Shown here: positions 46,485-57,300 of the stretch, in pieces
Position numbering within the stretch: the stretch's first letter is position 1
Layout: each line of letters starts with the position of its first letter
IMG/VR virus record: IMGVR_UViG_3300025392_000646
Location: 1 to 57,709 of that record
DNA from: a virus
Taxonomy: Duplodnaviria; Caudoviricetes
DNA: 57,709 nt
Reading direction: 5' to 3' (one strand)
Made by a program: the position numbers and the translations under genes
The notes under the pieces: generated by a model
Seen by the model: only the letters and a program-made list of their open reading frames with translations
What the model was told of the DNA's origin: nothing
Databases searched by the model: none

Positions 46485-49400
46485 TCTTAGAAAATCCATC
46501 TACTTTTTTAATTTCAATAAGTCCATCTACAATATCTCTCATTTGTTCTAAGTGAGAAATTACCCAAATAAAATCGAATTGAGTTTTAAGATATTGCATC
46601 ATCATAAATAGGGATGATAGGTTATCTGCATCCAATGTTCCAAACCCTTCATCAATTACTAAGAAGTTAGGCCTAGGAAGGTTGCATATGTTAATTAGAG
46701 CCACTCTAATCGCTAGTCCTGATATAAATTTCTCCATACCACTACACATCTCTAAAGCCCATTCCTGGTCTTCGTAAACGATTTTAGCGTTAATATTCTT
46801 TCCATCAGTATCCATAGCTATTGAGAAGTCTACCACTTGTCCTAATATATTATTCACTTCGTTTTCAATAGCTGGAAGTGCTTTAGATATTAATTCGTAT
46901 GGTACACCATCTTTTTTAACTGCATCCAAGTAAAATGTATATAATTGGTTTTTACTTTCCAATTCCTTTACTTCTTGCATCTTAGATACCATATTATCAA
47001 TATAAGTTTTTGTTGCACCAACTTCTGACATCAATTTTAACATCTTTTTATTTAAATCAGATATTTGTTTTTCAACATCTTGCTTTTCTGTACGAACCTC
47101 ATCAATTTGAATTACCAATGCTGAATTTTGTGTAATTGTTTCTTCGTTATCATTATATCTTTGAATATCTGCTTCGGCAGTTTCTAATTGATTCTTTAAT
47201 AATTCTATTCTGGCTTCCATTGTTCTAATATCACCATCATATCTTTCCCTTACACCAATCAATCTACTATATTCATCATTCCATTGTTTCCATTGTCTAA
47301 ATTGGTCTTCAACATTTGATATTAATGCTAATGTTGCTACCAATTGATGAAGTTGTGTATTTAAATCTTCCATTTGAGTAGCCTGTAATTCCAATTCATC
47401 TTTTGTTTTTAATGCATCTTTAACAAATACATTATTCATACAAAAATCACAATTAGGGTCATACTCATGCTCTTCTAAATGAGATAACTTTTCTTTATTA
47501 GATTCTATTGATTGTTCTAATAAATCTATTTGATGCTGAATATCATTCTTTTGAGTTTTCAACTGATTAAACTCAACAATTGCTTCTCCAATATCATTTC
47601 CATTAATCGTACTCTTAGCATCAACCATTTCCTTTGCTTCAAATACTAATTGTTTTGTTTCAGTATGTAATAGGGTTGTTTTGAACTTTAAATCAGTCCA
47701 TTTTGTTAATTCACTTTGTATCTTTGAAAGTTTATCGTTTAAAACATTGATATTTAAATTTCCTTGAATTGGAACTAATTGTTTAGATAAGTTTACAATT
47801 GTTTCTTCTAATTCAGTCTTTTTATTTTCCAATTCTGCTTTTTCCGCATCTAAACTATCATACTCCTCTCTCTTAGAATTTAATGTTGCTTCATTTTGTG
47901 CTAATTCGGAAGTGAAGTCGGTCTTTCTGAAATTTCTGATAAGTGCATTTACATCCTTAATATCATTAGTAGCCGTTTCATACAGCTTATCAAATATATC
48001 AAGTCCCATAAACTGAGCCATCAAATCCTTTCTCTCCGATTGTGATTTATCAATGAATAGGGCGTTGTTAGCTTGTAAAGAAAGTGCTGTCATAATGAAA
48101 TCCTCATATCTTCCTACATAGGTTTCAATGATTTGATTTGTATCCCTTCTCTCCGTTCCGTTTAGGGATATCTTCTCACCATCTTCGTTTTTCCAAAATT
48201 CAACATCTACCTTTACATTCTTTCCTTTGTTAATAACTCTACCTTCTCTACGAATACCATACTCAACACCATCAATAAGGAAATCTAATTGGCAATGGAA
48301 ATCTTGCTTTCTATTGTTCATAATTGCAGCTGCTTTATAAGCTCTACTACACTTATCAAAAAGGCAAAATGAGATTGCATCAAATAGAGATGATTTACCT
48401 TGTGCATTTGGTGCAAATAATCCCATCAATCCGTTTACCTTATCGAAGTTAATGATATTGTTTTCTCCGTATGAAAACATATTACTGAAATCAAACTTTA
48501 TTGGTTTCCAGCTTATGTTTCTTTGTAATTCTGATGGTTGGATTCTACTATTAATATCACGATTTATATTCTCTATCCCAGCTAAGTCCTCCTTTGTCAC
48601 AAATGGCATCATACGTTCCACATATTCCCCTATTAAAGAGTTTTGATGGTTTATATCAGCTACAGTATCAACTTCCAACCTTGCTTCTCTATCGTTGGTT
48701 TTCTTCTTATTGAATGAATCGGTTCTAATGATTGTGAAATCCTCTACACCATACTTTGCCGTAATATCAGCCATCATTCTTTTAGTATCTGCGGTATCAG
48801 TATTAGATACTCTTACTCTTAAACGAGGATACAATGGCATATCATCTACATCCGGTACAATTCCATTATCAACATCCAAAGTATAGTAACCATACTCGTT
48901 TTTGATATCAACTTCTTCGTAAGTCATTGTTTCCAAATCCCAAACTAAGAATCCGTGCTTATCAAGGGTTTCACCAAAGTTTTGTTGTACCAAAGAGCCG
49001 GCATATACCACCTTACATCCGCTTGGTGATATCATCTCTTGTCTTTTATGGATATCTCCTAATAGAGCTAAATGGTATCCATCAAATATATCAGTTGTAA
49101 AATGTCTACTACTAACTACATAACCCACATCGGTTGTAGAGTTATCAACAGGTCCATGAAATAATGCAATCTTTCTTTCTGCAATTAAATCTTCTGCTTT
49201 AGGCCAATTAGCCTGATTATCAAATATAGAAAATACAGCGAACTCACATTCACCATAATAAAATACTGATGTATCTCTTAGATAATGTAGGTTTGGCAAT
49301 TTTAATGCATCTACAATTGGAGTAAGTACATCCAATCTATCCGAATTATTCATATTACAATCGTGATTGCCAGCAATCATAATAGTTGTACAGGTATTAG

Positions 49401-49620
49401 AACATTCAGTTAATAACCAACTAATTTCTTTTACCAATTCAGGACTCATTTCTAATTTAGCATGAGCTATATCTCCAGCTAAATAGATAATAGAATCCTC
49501 AGTTCCTCTTTTATTAATCTCCTCAAACATTGAGTTAAATACTTCTCTAAACTCTTTGTGTCTTTTAATGTTACGGATGTGTATATCCGCAATGTGATAA
49601 ATTCTTTTTAATTTACTCAT
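46474..49620 (-). CDS. Fused SbcD/Mre11 (gp47-like) nuclease and SbcC/Rad50 (gp46-like) ATPase
   Basis: Phosphoesterase motifs HIADIH, AGDI, AGNHD, FHG, GDIH; Walker A APNAQGKSS; coiled coil with hook-like CDFC; signature CSGMEK; Walker B LVIDEGFG; ISH. Confidence 0.93.
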   Translation of the reverse strand: MSKLKRIYHIADIHIRNIKRHKEFREVFNSMFEEINKRGTEDSIIYLAGDIAHAKLEMSPELVKEISWLLTECSNTCTTIMIAGNHDCNMNNSDRLDVLTPIVDALKLPNLHYLRDTSVFYYGECEFAVFSIFDNQANWPKAEDLIAERKIALFHGPVDNSTTDVGYVVSSRHFTTDIFDGYHLALLGDIHKRQEMISPSGCKVVYAGSLVQQNFGETLDKHGFLVWDLETMTYEEVDIKNEYGYYTLDVDNGIVPDVDDMPLYPRLRVRVSNTDTADTKRMMADITAKYGVEDFTIIRTDSFNKKKTNDREARLEVDTVADINHQNSLIGEYVERMMPFVTKEDLAGIENINRDINSRIQPSELQRNISWKPIKFDFSNMFSYGENNIINFDKVNGLMGLFAPNAQGKSSLFDAISFCLFDKCSRAYKAAAIMNNRKQDFHCQLDFLIDGVEYGIRREGRVINKGKNVKVDVEFWKNEDGEKISLNGTERRDTNQIIETYVGRYEDFIMTALSLQANNALFIDKSQSERKDLMAQFMGLDIFDKLYETATNDIKDVNALIRNFRKTDFTSELAQNEATLNSKREEYDSLDAEKAELENKKTELEETIVNLSKQLVPIQGNLNINVLNDKLSKIQSELTKWTDLKFKTTLLHTETKQLVFEAKEMVDAKSTINGNDIGEAIVEFNQLKTQKNDIQHQIDLLEQSIESNKEKLSHLEEHEYDPNCDFCMNNVFVKDALKTKDELELQATQMEDLNTQLHQLVATLALISNVEDQFRQWKQWNDEYSRLIGVRERYDGDIRTMEARIELLKNQLETAEADIQRYNDNEETITQNSALVIQIDEVRTEKQDVEKQISDLNKKMLKLMSEVGATKTYIDNMVSKMQEVKELESKNQLYTFYLDAVKKDGVPYELISKALPAIENEVNNILGQVVDFSIAMDTDGKNINAKIVYEDQEWALEMCSGMEKFISGLAIRVALINICNLPRPNFLVIDEGFGTLDADNLSSLFMMMQYLKTQFDFIWVISHLEQMRDIVDGLIEIKKVDGFSKINF

Positions 49621-50555
49621 ATATTATTTAATTTGGATAGAACCAAATCATCCCATCCAGTTTCTTTTGCTCCCTTCAATAGTTCGTTTACTTTTTGGAA
49701 TCCCATTTCACCAGCATCTTTATCGGTTGGTATAATGTTACGAACTTTGATTCCATTCTTTAAAAAGTAATCCGTATGTTTAGTTGAATCTGCAATAGCA
49801 TCAGCATCTAACATAATAGTTACTTCTTTAACTCCCTTCTCTATAATTTTGTTCTTTAATTTACTTAGTAAGAATTTACCAAGCAATGGAATACAATTTC
49901 TCTTAATTGAGAATGAATCAAATACACCCTCACATAAAGTAATGGGCTCATTCCAATTGATTTGATTATCAAATACAATCACATCTCTATTAACTGGTGG
50001 ATTCTTATATTTCATTCGTTCTTCTTTGTAATATGAACGAGCTACAAAGTAATTCAAATCACCACTCTCATCATAAGATGGAACAATGATTCTACCACCA
50101 TACAATCCTTCATCACAATAACCAATATTGTATTTAACAATATCCGCTTGAGTAATACCCCTTTCTTTTAGGTAATTCATAGCTTGATTATATTCTGGAT
50201 TAATTCCTTTTGGTTTGAAATATAATTGTTTAAATTCCGATGGTAATTGTAACTTAGCTACATACTCATCTTTCTCAACTAATGTATAATCCTCATCTCC
50301 ATAGATATCTCTTAACTTATTAAGGTCTCTTATATCCACATTGAGTTTGCGGAGAAGGGATTGTATTGACCTACCCTTAGAATCACATACCCAACAATGC
50401 CATCTTTGAGTATCTAAGTTTACTTGAAGTTTCTTTTTATGGTGATTACAAAATGGACAATGGTGTGCCTGTTCATTACCCTTAAGTGATGAACCTACAC
50501 CCAATGCGGTGTCCAAAATGTTAATGACTGTTAGTTTATTCTTCCCAGATAGCAT
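49617..50555 (-). CDS. DNA primase (Zn-binding domain plus TOPRIM)
   Basis: CPFCNH...WHCWVC, YLKERGI, RIIVP, KYKNP, CEGVFD, MLDADA, KDAGE. Start set to ATG 50555, downstream of a promoter at 50573-50604. Confidence 0.9.
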   Translation of the reverse strand: MLSGKNKLTVINILDTALGVGSSLKGNEQAHHCPFCNHHKKKLQVNLDTQRWHCWVCDSKGRSIQSLLRKLNVDIRDLNKLRDIYGDEDYTLVEKDEYVAKLQLPSEFKQLYFKPKGINPEYNQAMNYLKERGITQADIVKYNIGYCDEGLYGGRIIVPSYDESGDLNYFVARSYYKEERMKYKNPPVNRDVIVFDNQINWNEPITLCEGVFDSFSIKRNCIPLLGKFLLSKLKNKIIEKGVKEVTIMLDADAIADSTKHTDYFLKNGIKVRNIIPTDKDAGEMGFQKVNELLKGAKETGWDDLVLSKLNNI

Positions 50556-50572
50556 ATTATGTATATTATATA

Positions 50573-50604
50573 CAAATATACGAAAATTATGGGAATTTAC
50601 CAAA
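50573..50604 (-). promoter_or_regulatory. Bacteroidota-type primary-sigma promoter for primase-sbcDC
   Basis: Minus strand TTTG-N20-TATATTTG upstream of ATG 50555. Confidence 0.75.
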
Positions 50605-50805
50605 TTAATGGGTTGCGTTCTTACAATCTCTTAAAAAATCAGCCAAAAATTGTAATTTTGCTGCTACTTCTGCTCTAGGATGATTGGCTTCAACCATTCC
50701 TTTAACATCTAATAAAGAATCTGCTGCTATTAATAAAGCATCATCTTTTGCATTTAAAAATGCTTCGGAAATTCCGTACTTTTTTGCGATTTCAGGTATT
50801 TGCAT
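50605..50805 (-). CDS. Hypothetical protein (66 aa)
   Basis: ATG-started ORF packed in the operon; no recognisable motif. Confidence 0.45.
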   Translation of the reverse strand: MQIPEIAKKYGISEAFLNAKDDALLIAADSLLDVKGMVEANHPRAEVAAKLQFLADFLRDCKNATH

Positions 50806-50807
50806 AA

Positions 50808-51221
50808 CTATTGGTTTATTATATCCTTACGGAAGAATTTTCCCATAAGGTTTTCGTTTATTGAATTTGGGTCTGAAAGTACATCGTATTTAAACTGCCA
50901 ATATACTTCAAAATATGTTAGGGATTTTTTAGAATAACAAAACTGAATAATTTCTCTTTCAAAATCTTCACTTCTTCCAGCTTTTACTTCCGATTTAATC
51001 CATTCGTTTGATGAGTAGTATTTTTCCCAATCAGATGCACTTCGTACAACTCTCTTTCGGGTTTTACCTTTTAGGGGTTTTAATCTTCTTATTTGGTTTA
51101 GGGATTTCTTACCTATATAGTATTTTCCAGTTGGTATGTGTATAATCTTATAGACAAAACCAATAGCACCTTCGGGGGTGCTTTCTTCTGTAACAATATT
51201 TCCATTAAATTTCCAGCTCAT
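50808..51221 (-). CDS. GIY-YIG family nuclease
   Basis: GFVYKIIHIPTGKYYIGKK...WEKYYSSN...FEREII...E...NEN. Start set to ATG 51221 (MSWKFNG) to avoid overlap with the upstream gene. Confidence 0.8.
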   Translation of the reverse strand: MSWKFNGNIVTEESTPEGAIGFVYKIIHIPTGKYYIGKKSLNQIRRLKPLKGKTRKRVVRSASDWEKYYSSNEWIKSEVKAGRSEDFEREIIQFCYSKKSLTYFEVYWQFKYDVLSDPNSINENLMGKFFRKDIINQ

Positions 51222-51222
51222 A

Positions 51223-51429
51223 TTATCTTTTAACCTGAGATGAATATGTTTTTTGAGAATCATATCCACCAACATTTCCATTACCACTTCCTAACTTACC
51301 ATGTCTAGAAGTTTCTAAAGTTTTATCATCTATTTTGGTATCTTCTATGATAGCTTTATCTAATCCAGCTGCATTAATTTTTGCAGTAGTAGGAGTGTTT
51401 TTTGTGTATAAATCAATTAAACTTGACAT
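51223..51429 (-). CDS. Hypothetical protein (68 aa)
   Basis: ATG-started and preceded by the late motif at 51451. Confidence 0.45.
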   Translation of the reverse strand: MSSLIDLYTKNTPTTAKINAAGLDKAIIEDTKIDDKTLETSRHGKLGSGNGNVGGYDSQKTYSSQVKR

Positions 51430-51450
51430 ATCTTAAATTGTTTTTCTTAT

Positions 51451-51459
51451 TATAAATAT
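51451..51459 (-). promoter_or_regulatory. Putative late promoter motif
   Basis: Exact motif upstream of ATG 51429. Confidence 0.6.
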
Positions 51460-51463
51460 AACA

Positions 51464-52396
51464 TTATGTGTCAAAACGAACAATAAAGTTTACAGGGTAA
51501 TCCGGTAATGACTTTACAGCCTTTGGTAATTTTGCTACTGCAACCATATTTAAATCATCATCATATAATCCAATTGTAGTAATATATGGTGCTAAATAAG
51601 AACCAGTAGGGTCTACAGAACCACTTTCAAAATAATCATCAAAACTCCCAACAACAGTCGGGTCTATTGATGAAGTAAATGGATATCCAGCGTTTCTTAT
51701 ATATCTAATCCCAGCTATATTAATAGTTTGTTCGTATGTTTGGGTTAGAGTTGGGTCATATGGGTTTGTAAGTGTTGCTACAAAAGTACTATTTCCATCT
51801 TCATAATATGATGAAGGATTTGTAGATGTATTAAATTCATTTTCTAATACTGATATAAAAATCTCATTCTCATATATAGTTTTTGTAGAACGAAAATATA
51901 AAGAATAATTTAAAAAAGAAGTACCATTTGTAATATCTTTAGTCATTACAATTAATCCTCTATCATAAAATACATTACCATATATTTCATTATTATAAAA
52001 TAAATTAGAATAACCATCATCCACATAATCATTAGTGCCATCATTTAAAATCACAGAACCTACTTTTATACCTTCTCCATAATTAATTTGAGGAATTGAA
52101 ATAACTGCTATATCATTTCCTATTACTCTCTCATCAGTTGAAGCGTATGATTTTCTATTTCCAACTTCCGTAAATAAAGAAGCAGTTGCCGAATTTAAAT
52201 AAAATTGAGCTGCAATAGAATCATATACAAGTCTTTGATACAATCCATTTGATTTTGGGTCAGATGACGGGTCAAATAAACTATCTGTAATATTAGTACC
52301 ATAAACAGTAGGTACATCATTTTCATCCAAAGTCCATTCTTTATAAACTTTGAAAGGTCTAATGATTATATCAGATTTTGAAATTTCCTTTAACAT
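51464..52396 (-). CDS. Probable baseplate/tail structural protein, paralog of 52465-53685
   Basis: GNVFYDRGLIVM, ENEFNTSTNPS and YITTIGLYDDDLNMVAVAKL are shared with the neighbour. Confidence 0.6.
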   Translation of the reverse strand: MLKEISKSDIIIRPFKVYKEWTLDENDVPTVYGTNITDSLFDPSSDPKSNGLYQRLVYDSIAAQFYLNSATASLFTEVGNRKSYASTDERVIGNDIAVISIPQINYGEGIKVGSVILNDGTNDYVDDGYSNLFYNNEIYGNVFYDRGLIVMTKDITNGTSFLNYSLYFRSTKTIYENEIFISVLENEFNTSTNPSSYYEDGNSTFVATLTNPYDPTLTQTYEQTINIAGIRYIRNAGYPFTSSIDPTVVGSFDDYFESGSVDPTGSYLAPYITTIGLYDDDLNMVAVAKLPKAVKSLPDYPVNFIVRFDT

Positions 52397-52402
52397 ATTA
52401 TC

Positions 52403-52411
52403 TATAAATAT
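52403..52411 (-). promoter_or_regulatory. Putative late promoter motif
   Basis: Exact motif after the terminator, ending 6 nt before ATG 52396. Confidence 0.6.
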
Positions 52412-52420
52412 TCTACAAAT

Positions 52421-52441
52421 GAAAAACCCCCTTTCGGGGGA
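52421..52441 (-). terminator. Intrinsic terminator after 52465-53685
   Basis: Minus strand CCCCC-GAAA-GGGGG-TTTTT. Confidence 0.8.
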
Positions 52442-52464
52442 TTCTCACTTTATCTTAATTCATA

Positions 52465-53685
52465 TTAGAATGATAATTTAACTTTGATTAGGATTTCCTT
52501 ATCAAATGATTTAGCGATTGGTTGTGAAGTTTTAGCTACTGCAATCATTTCGTTTGCATCGTTCAATAAACCAACAGTTGTTACATATGTGTAAGGGTCA
52601 GTATTGAAAGTAGATACTTCAAATGCTCCGTTTGAACCACTTACAAATGTAGGGTTGTTAGAGTAGTTAAATTCTCTATTTGTTGCTCTTACAAAGAAAT
52701 GTTGAGTTGATACATTTTCAGTTCTTCTTGCTTCAAATTCACCACTAGCACTTATTGCGTAGAATAATCTTTTGTGATTATATTGTTCAGCTGCAGTTGA
52801 TGCAGAACCACTTAAGTTACCAATTAAAGTTCCTTGTGAATCTCTAACACTACCAACAGTTGCTCCAATTGCTTTTGGATTCAATACAATAATACCTTTA
52901 TCAGGATAGAATGTACCAAAACCTAAACCAGTTGTAGTATCGGTTGTTGCTGCAATAGTTGCATCGTTTTGAGTTCCTAAATTTAATGCTCCACTTACTA
53001 CATTGAATACTCTACCTGGCTTACCAGCAGTATCAGAAAACTTCTTACCACTATCATCAATGAAAGTGAATACTCCGTTTGACCCACTTAAATATAATTG
53101 CCAGTTACCAGAATCCATTGATTCTCTATATCTTGCTCTTTGAACATTAATTACATAGATATCATCAGATGTAGTTGTTGAACCAGCTGAGTTATTAAAA
53201 TAAAATTTATCAACACCACTATCCAATAATAAACTTCTATATTGGAAATAAGTACCTTTAGTTGCTGTTAATGAGTTCTCATCTACAGTCAATGATACTG
53301 AACCACTTCCATCATAATGTCCATAAGCTACTGCAAAGTTAATTTCAGCTGCTGAGTTTAATTGTGGATTTTGTTCATATACATTTAAGAAATATTCTGC
53401 ATTAGTAGATGCTGCTTGAGTTGATGATGTATAGAATGTAGTTAAAGAACCACTATCTAAACTCCATAATCCTGTTGTTACAACTTCAGTCTTTGCATTT
53501 ACAACATCATAAGTTCCGAACATTTTGTATATTCCAGTAGTTACTCCGCCAGTTGAATTTGAAATTTGTTGACCAGCTGGTAGTACACTATTAAGAATAG
53601 ATACGATTTGATTTGTGTCAACCTGTCCAGAATTAGCTAATGCTGAAATCTGAGAGGTTATATTTGGGTCATTAATTAGTGCCAT
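52465..53685 (-). CDS. Probable baseplate/tail structural protein, paralog of 51464-52396
   Basis: GTFYPDKGIIVL, NREFNYSNNPT, YVTTVGLLNDANEMIAVAKTSQPIAK. Confidence 0.6.
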   Translation of the reverse strand: MALINDPNITSQISALANSGQVDTNQIVSILNSVLPAGQQISNSTGGVTTGIYKMFGTYDVVNAKTEVVTTGLWSLDSGSLTTFYTSSTQAASTNAEYFLNVYEQNPQLNSAAEINFAVAYGHYDGSGSVSLTVDENSLTATKGTYFQYRSLLLDSGVDKFYFNNSAGSTTTSDDIYVINVQRARYRESMDSGNWQLYLSGSNGVFTFIDDSGKKFSDTAGKPGRVFNVVSGALNLGTQNDATIAATTDTTTGLGFGTFYPDKGIIVLNPKAIGATVGSVRDSQGTLIGNLSGSASTAAEQYNHKRLFYAISASGEFEARRTENVSTQHFFVRATNREFNYSNNPTFVSGSNGAFEVSTFNTDPYTYVTTVGLLNDANEMIAVAKTSQPIAKSFDKEILIKVKLSF

Positions 53686-53701
53686 TTTATATATCTATTT
53701 A

Positions 53702-54325
53702 TTATGCTTTATAAGTTACAGTTACTGGAATAGTTTGAGAACCACCTGTTTCATTTCCATAAACAGTAATAGTAGTTTTAACATCAGATGTTAAATTTGG
53801 ATTTGGAGTAAATCTAAACTCCAAACCACTAACTACTTGTGCGGTAGTAGTAACTGATTCACCTAAGAATACAGGAATTGTACCACTTGCTGTTGAACCT
53901 TTAGTTACAGTTATTGTACCAGCTCTTTGGTCTGCTAATACCACAGTATATCCAGCTGAACTATTTCCAGCAGGAGATGTAGTAGGAGTCATACCAACAC
54001 CACCATCAGTTTGATAAACACCAATTTGTGCAATACCCAAAGAAACCACAGGTATTTTAGTTGTACCTTTTGGTAAAGTTACCAATTTATATCTTAATAC
54101 TTGAGTTTCATCAGGAGATGCTTCAGTAATTGGTAATGATAAAATTGCTGCATCGTAGTAAGCAGAACCCTTTGGATGTGCTGGTTCATATAATGCGTAA
54201 TCAATTTCATCATCTCCTAAAGCAAATTTAGTGATGTTTAAAGATTGTCCTTGTGCTAACTTTTGTCTACCTTTTTTGGTAAGAATAGCATCTACTGTGA
54301 TGGTTGTATTATCTAAATATCCCAT
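53702..54325 (-). CDS. Probable baseplate/tail structural protein (207 aa)
   Basis: VDAILTKKGRQKLAQG...ITKFALGDDEIDY resembles the LT..G...LA.....IT..A.GD start of tail-collar/baseplate proteins. Confidence 0.55.
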   Translation of the reverse strand: MGYLDNTTITVDAILTKKGRQKLAQGQSLNITKFALGDDEIDYALYEPAHPKGSAYYDAAILSLPITEASPDETQVLRYKLVTLPKGTTKIPVVSLGIAQIGVYQTDGGVGMTPTTSPAGNSSAGYTVVLADQRAGTITVTKGSTASGTIPVFLGESVTTTAQVVSGLEFRFTPNPNLTSDVKTTITVYGNETGGSQTIPVTVTYKA

Positions 54326-54347
54326 TTTATAATTGTTTTCTATTTTC

Positions 54348-54356
54348 TATAAATAT
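54348..54356 (-). promoter_or_regulatory. Putative late promoter motif
   Basis: Exact motif upstream of ATG 54325. Confidence 0.6.
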
Positions 54357-54380
54357 AACTAATTTTTATTTTTCATCAGA

Positions 54381-57300
54381 TTAATTCACTTCCAATATAG
54401 GTTCTCCCGAGCCACGTCCTGTCTTAGCCACTCTAAGAATGTTAGGATTTGTTGTGAATGTTTGAATTGGGTCTAATCCATCTGGTGTTGTTGTAGCATC
54501 TTGCGTAGAACCTTTATGGAAAGAACGCTGTAATCCTTCACTTAAAGTGTTTTTAAATTTGTAGTGTGTAGGATAATATCCATCCAAAGGAGTTACAGAT
54601 ATTGTAGTACCACCAACGCTTGGTTGATATGGAACTCCATATGATGCAGTTACAAATGGAATTATGTTTACTTCATATTTGTATTTAGTAACAGGTATAT
54701 CTTCATAAACTACTTGGTCACCAGGTTGTGCACCTATTGTTGGGTATCCAGCTATTTGAGTTGATATATTTTGTGTATATGATTTTTCAACCAAATCAAC
54801 AATAACTCTTGATGAACTTATATTACCATGTAAATCTATTGTTTTTTGAATACCAACACCATTTTTTGCATATAATCCAAATCCAGCTATATCTAATGAA
54901 TTTGCATCCATGCCAACAACAGTCATTGCAAATGCATCCACTTCTGCTGTTATAGAAGAACCAGATGGAATTTGTATTGATGTTTCATATGTTGGATATG
55001 AACCTTCTAATGAACCACTAAATCCATAATCAATCTGCCCATCATACATTGGAGTTGTACCAACTAATGTATAAGTTTCATCTGCATTTATATCACCCTC
55101 AATGTTATTGTATTCAAAATCAAATGTAGCTACTTTGGTTGCATCTAATAAAGTATCTTCACCAACTACATCACTTTCAATTACATAGTTTTCATTTGCC
55201 ACAACCTCACCTTCAATATTATTATATTCAGTTGTTGGTTTGTCCCAAAGAGTTTTATTTCTTTCTAAAAAGTGAGGTTCTATTAATAATCCTTTAGAAA
55301 CCTTTGCTCTAGCAGGTGCAATATCATGCAATACATCAAATAAAGATTTATCAATGTATTTAATTAATTGAATATATTCATTTATGTTTCTATCCAATCT
55401 TTCAAAATAATATTCTCTTAATTTTTGTAGTTCGGAATAATTTTCTTTGTATTCATCACCAGGGTCACCAATATAATTATCAATATTAAAATCACCAAAT
55501 GCTTTTAAAATATCCATATTCAACTCCTTAGTTGGAGAAAGAAATAATCCTAAACGAGATGAATCAATAGGAGCTCTATCAAATGATTTTTTAGTTGCTC
55601 TAACTTTATAAGATAAATCGCTTACCAATTCAATATCTTCAAAACGAATTTTATTTGAAAATCCAAATCCAACAGAAGGAACATTTGCTGTTACAGTTCT
55701 ATCGTATGGTTCATATTGGAAAGGATATGATGAAGCTGAATAGAAATTTTGTGCATATCCATAATCTTCACCATACTGCTGATTAATTGAAACATTTTTA
55801 ATATTATTATCATCCGTTCTATCTTTAGGATATTCAAAATCCAATCTATATAATAAATCTGCAGTTGATGCTGTATATGAATTACCATTTATTGCATCAG
55901 GGAATAAACTATGATTTTGAAATTTAGATATTTCTAACGGAACTCTCCATAAACGAAACTCATCTATATTTCCCACAAACCCATTTCCACCAACAGTTAG
56001 GAATGAACCACTTTCCCATATATCAGTAGTGGCCATAATTGACATACTAGCATATGTTAAAATTCTATGTCCATCAGTTGTTGAATAATTTATTTCATAC
56101 CAAGAAGAATTTCCACCCAAATCATGTCTATTAACTAATACACTTGAATAGTAATCCAACGATACAGGAAATTCCAAACTTCCAGTTACTACATCAGCAT
56201 CGGAAACATAGTATATAGTTTGGTCCATATAATATGTTTGAATAGAAGCGCTGGTAAATGGTTCTAAAAAGTATGAATATGCTGAGCCTGTCCCCATTCC
56301 CAAATCAATATCCAATCTAGCAAAAGAACCAGTTGTTTGAATTAAATTAATTCCAAAGTTACTTCCCGATATTAAAGAATATGTACCATAAGATGATGGT
56401 TTTATTCTAAATTCTATTGATTCAGGATAATTTGAAGTAGGTGATACAATGTGCCAAGGAATAGATAAAGATGATGATTGCTCCATTACTAATGCAGCAG
56501 TTCTATCATCAAATGTAAATTGAGTTACACCATCAGCGCTTGGGTCTTGAGGTCCACCAAATTCCATTATTGTCAACATAGATTGAGGAACACCATAACA
56601 AGCCATAATAGCTTTCATAGCTCTAGCAGTTCCTTTATGTTTTAATATATAAGGTAAATTATTTAATATTCTTCGCCAAACTTCATTATTTGCATCTTTT
56701 AATGGCATTGAATATTTTTGTGTACCATCCTTATAAGTACCAAATGCATATTCCCATAAAAAATGAGAATCAAATGCTTTTCTAGTATTCCAACCAAATG
56801 ATTCTAACATATTTTGAACCATATCGTTTGCAATACCAATAATTTGTTTTTGTTCTAATATTTTATTACTATTACTAGCATTTATATAAGCCCATACAAT
56901 ATCAAAATGTTGACCTATCATGTCTAAGAATAAAATAAAATCTGAATTTTCAGTATCATTTTTTATAAACTCAGGTATGTTATTTGATAGTGAGTTTGTA
57001 TTGTATTTATCATAATATTCCGAATCATTTAGTAATCCAGCAAACCAATCAATCACATATGAATCCGTACTAGGTATTAAAGAGCCATCTATATTTTTAG
57101 GATATGCCAAATCATTTTTTGATTCATATAAAAATGTTTCATATCCATCAAATGTTCTTACTATTTGATTTTTTAATTCTAAATTTTTATTTGCTTCATT
57201 TACTGAAGAAATTGAGTTTATCCAAGTTGAACCAGAAGCTAATGATTGATATTTTGATTCATATAATTCTATTAATTGTATTTTGTAAAAGAAATTATTT

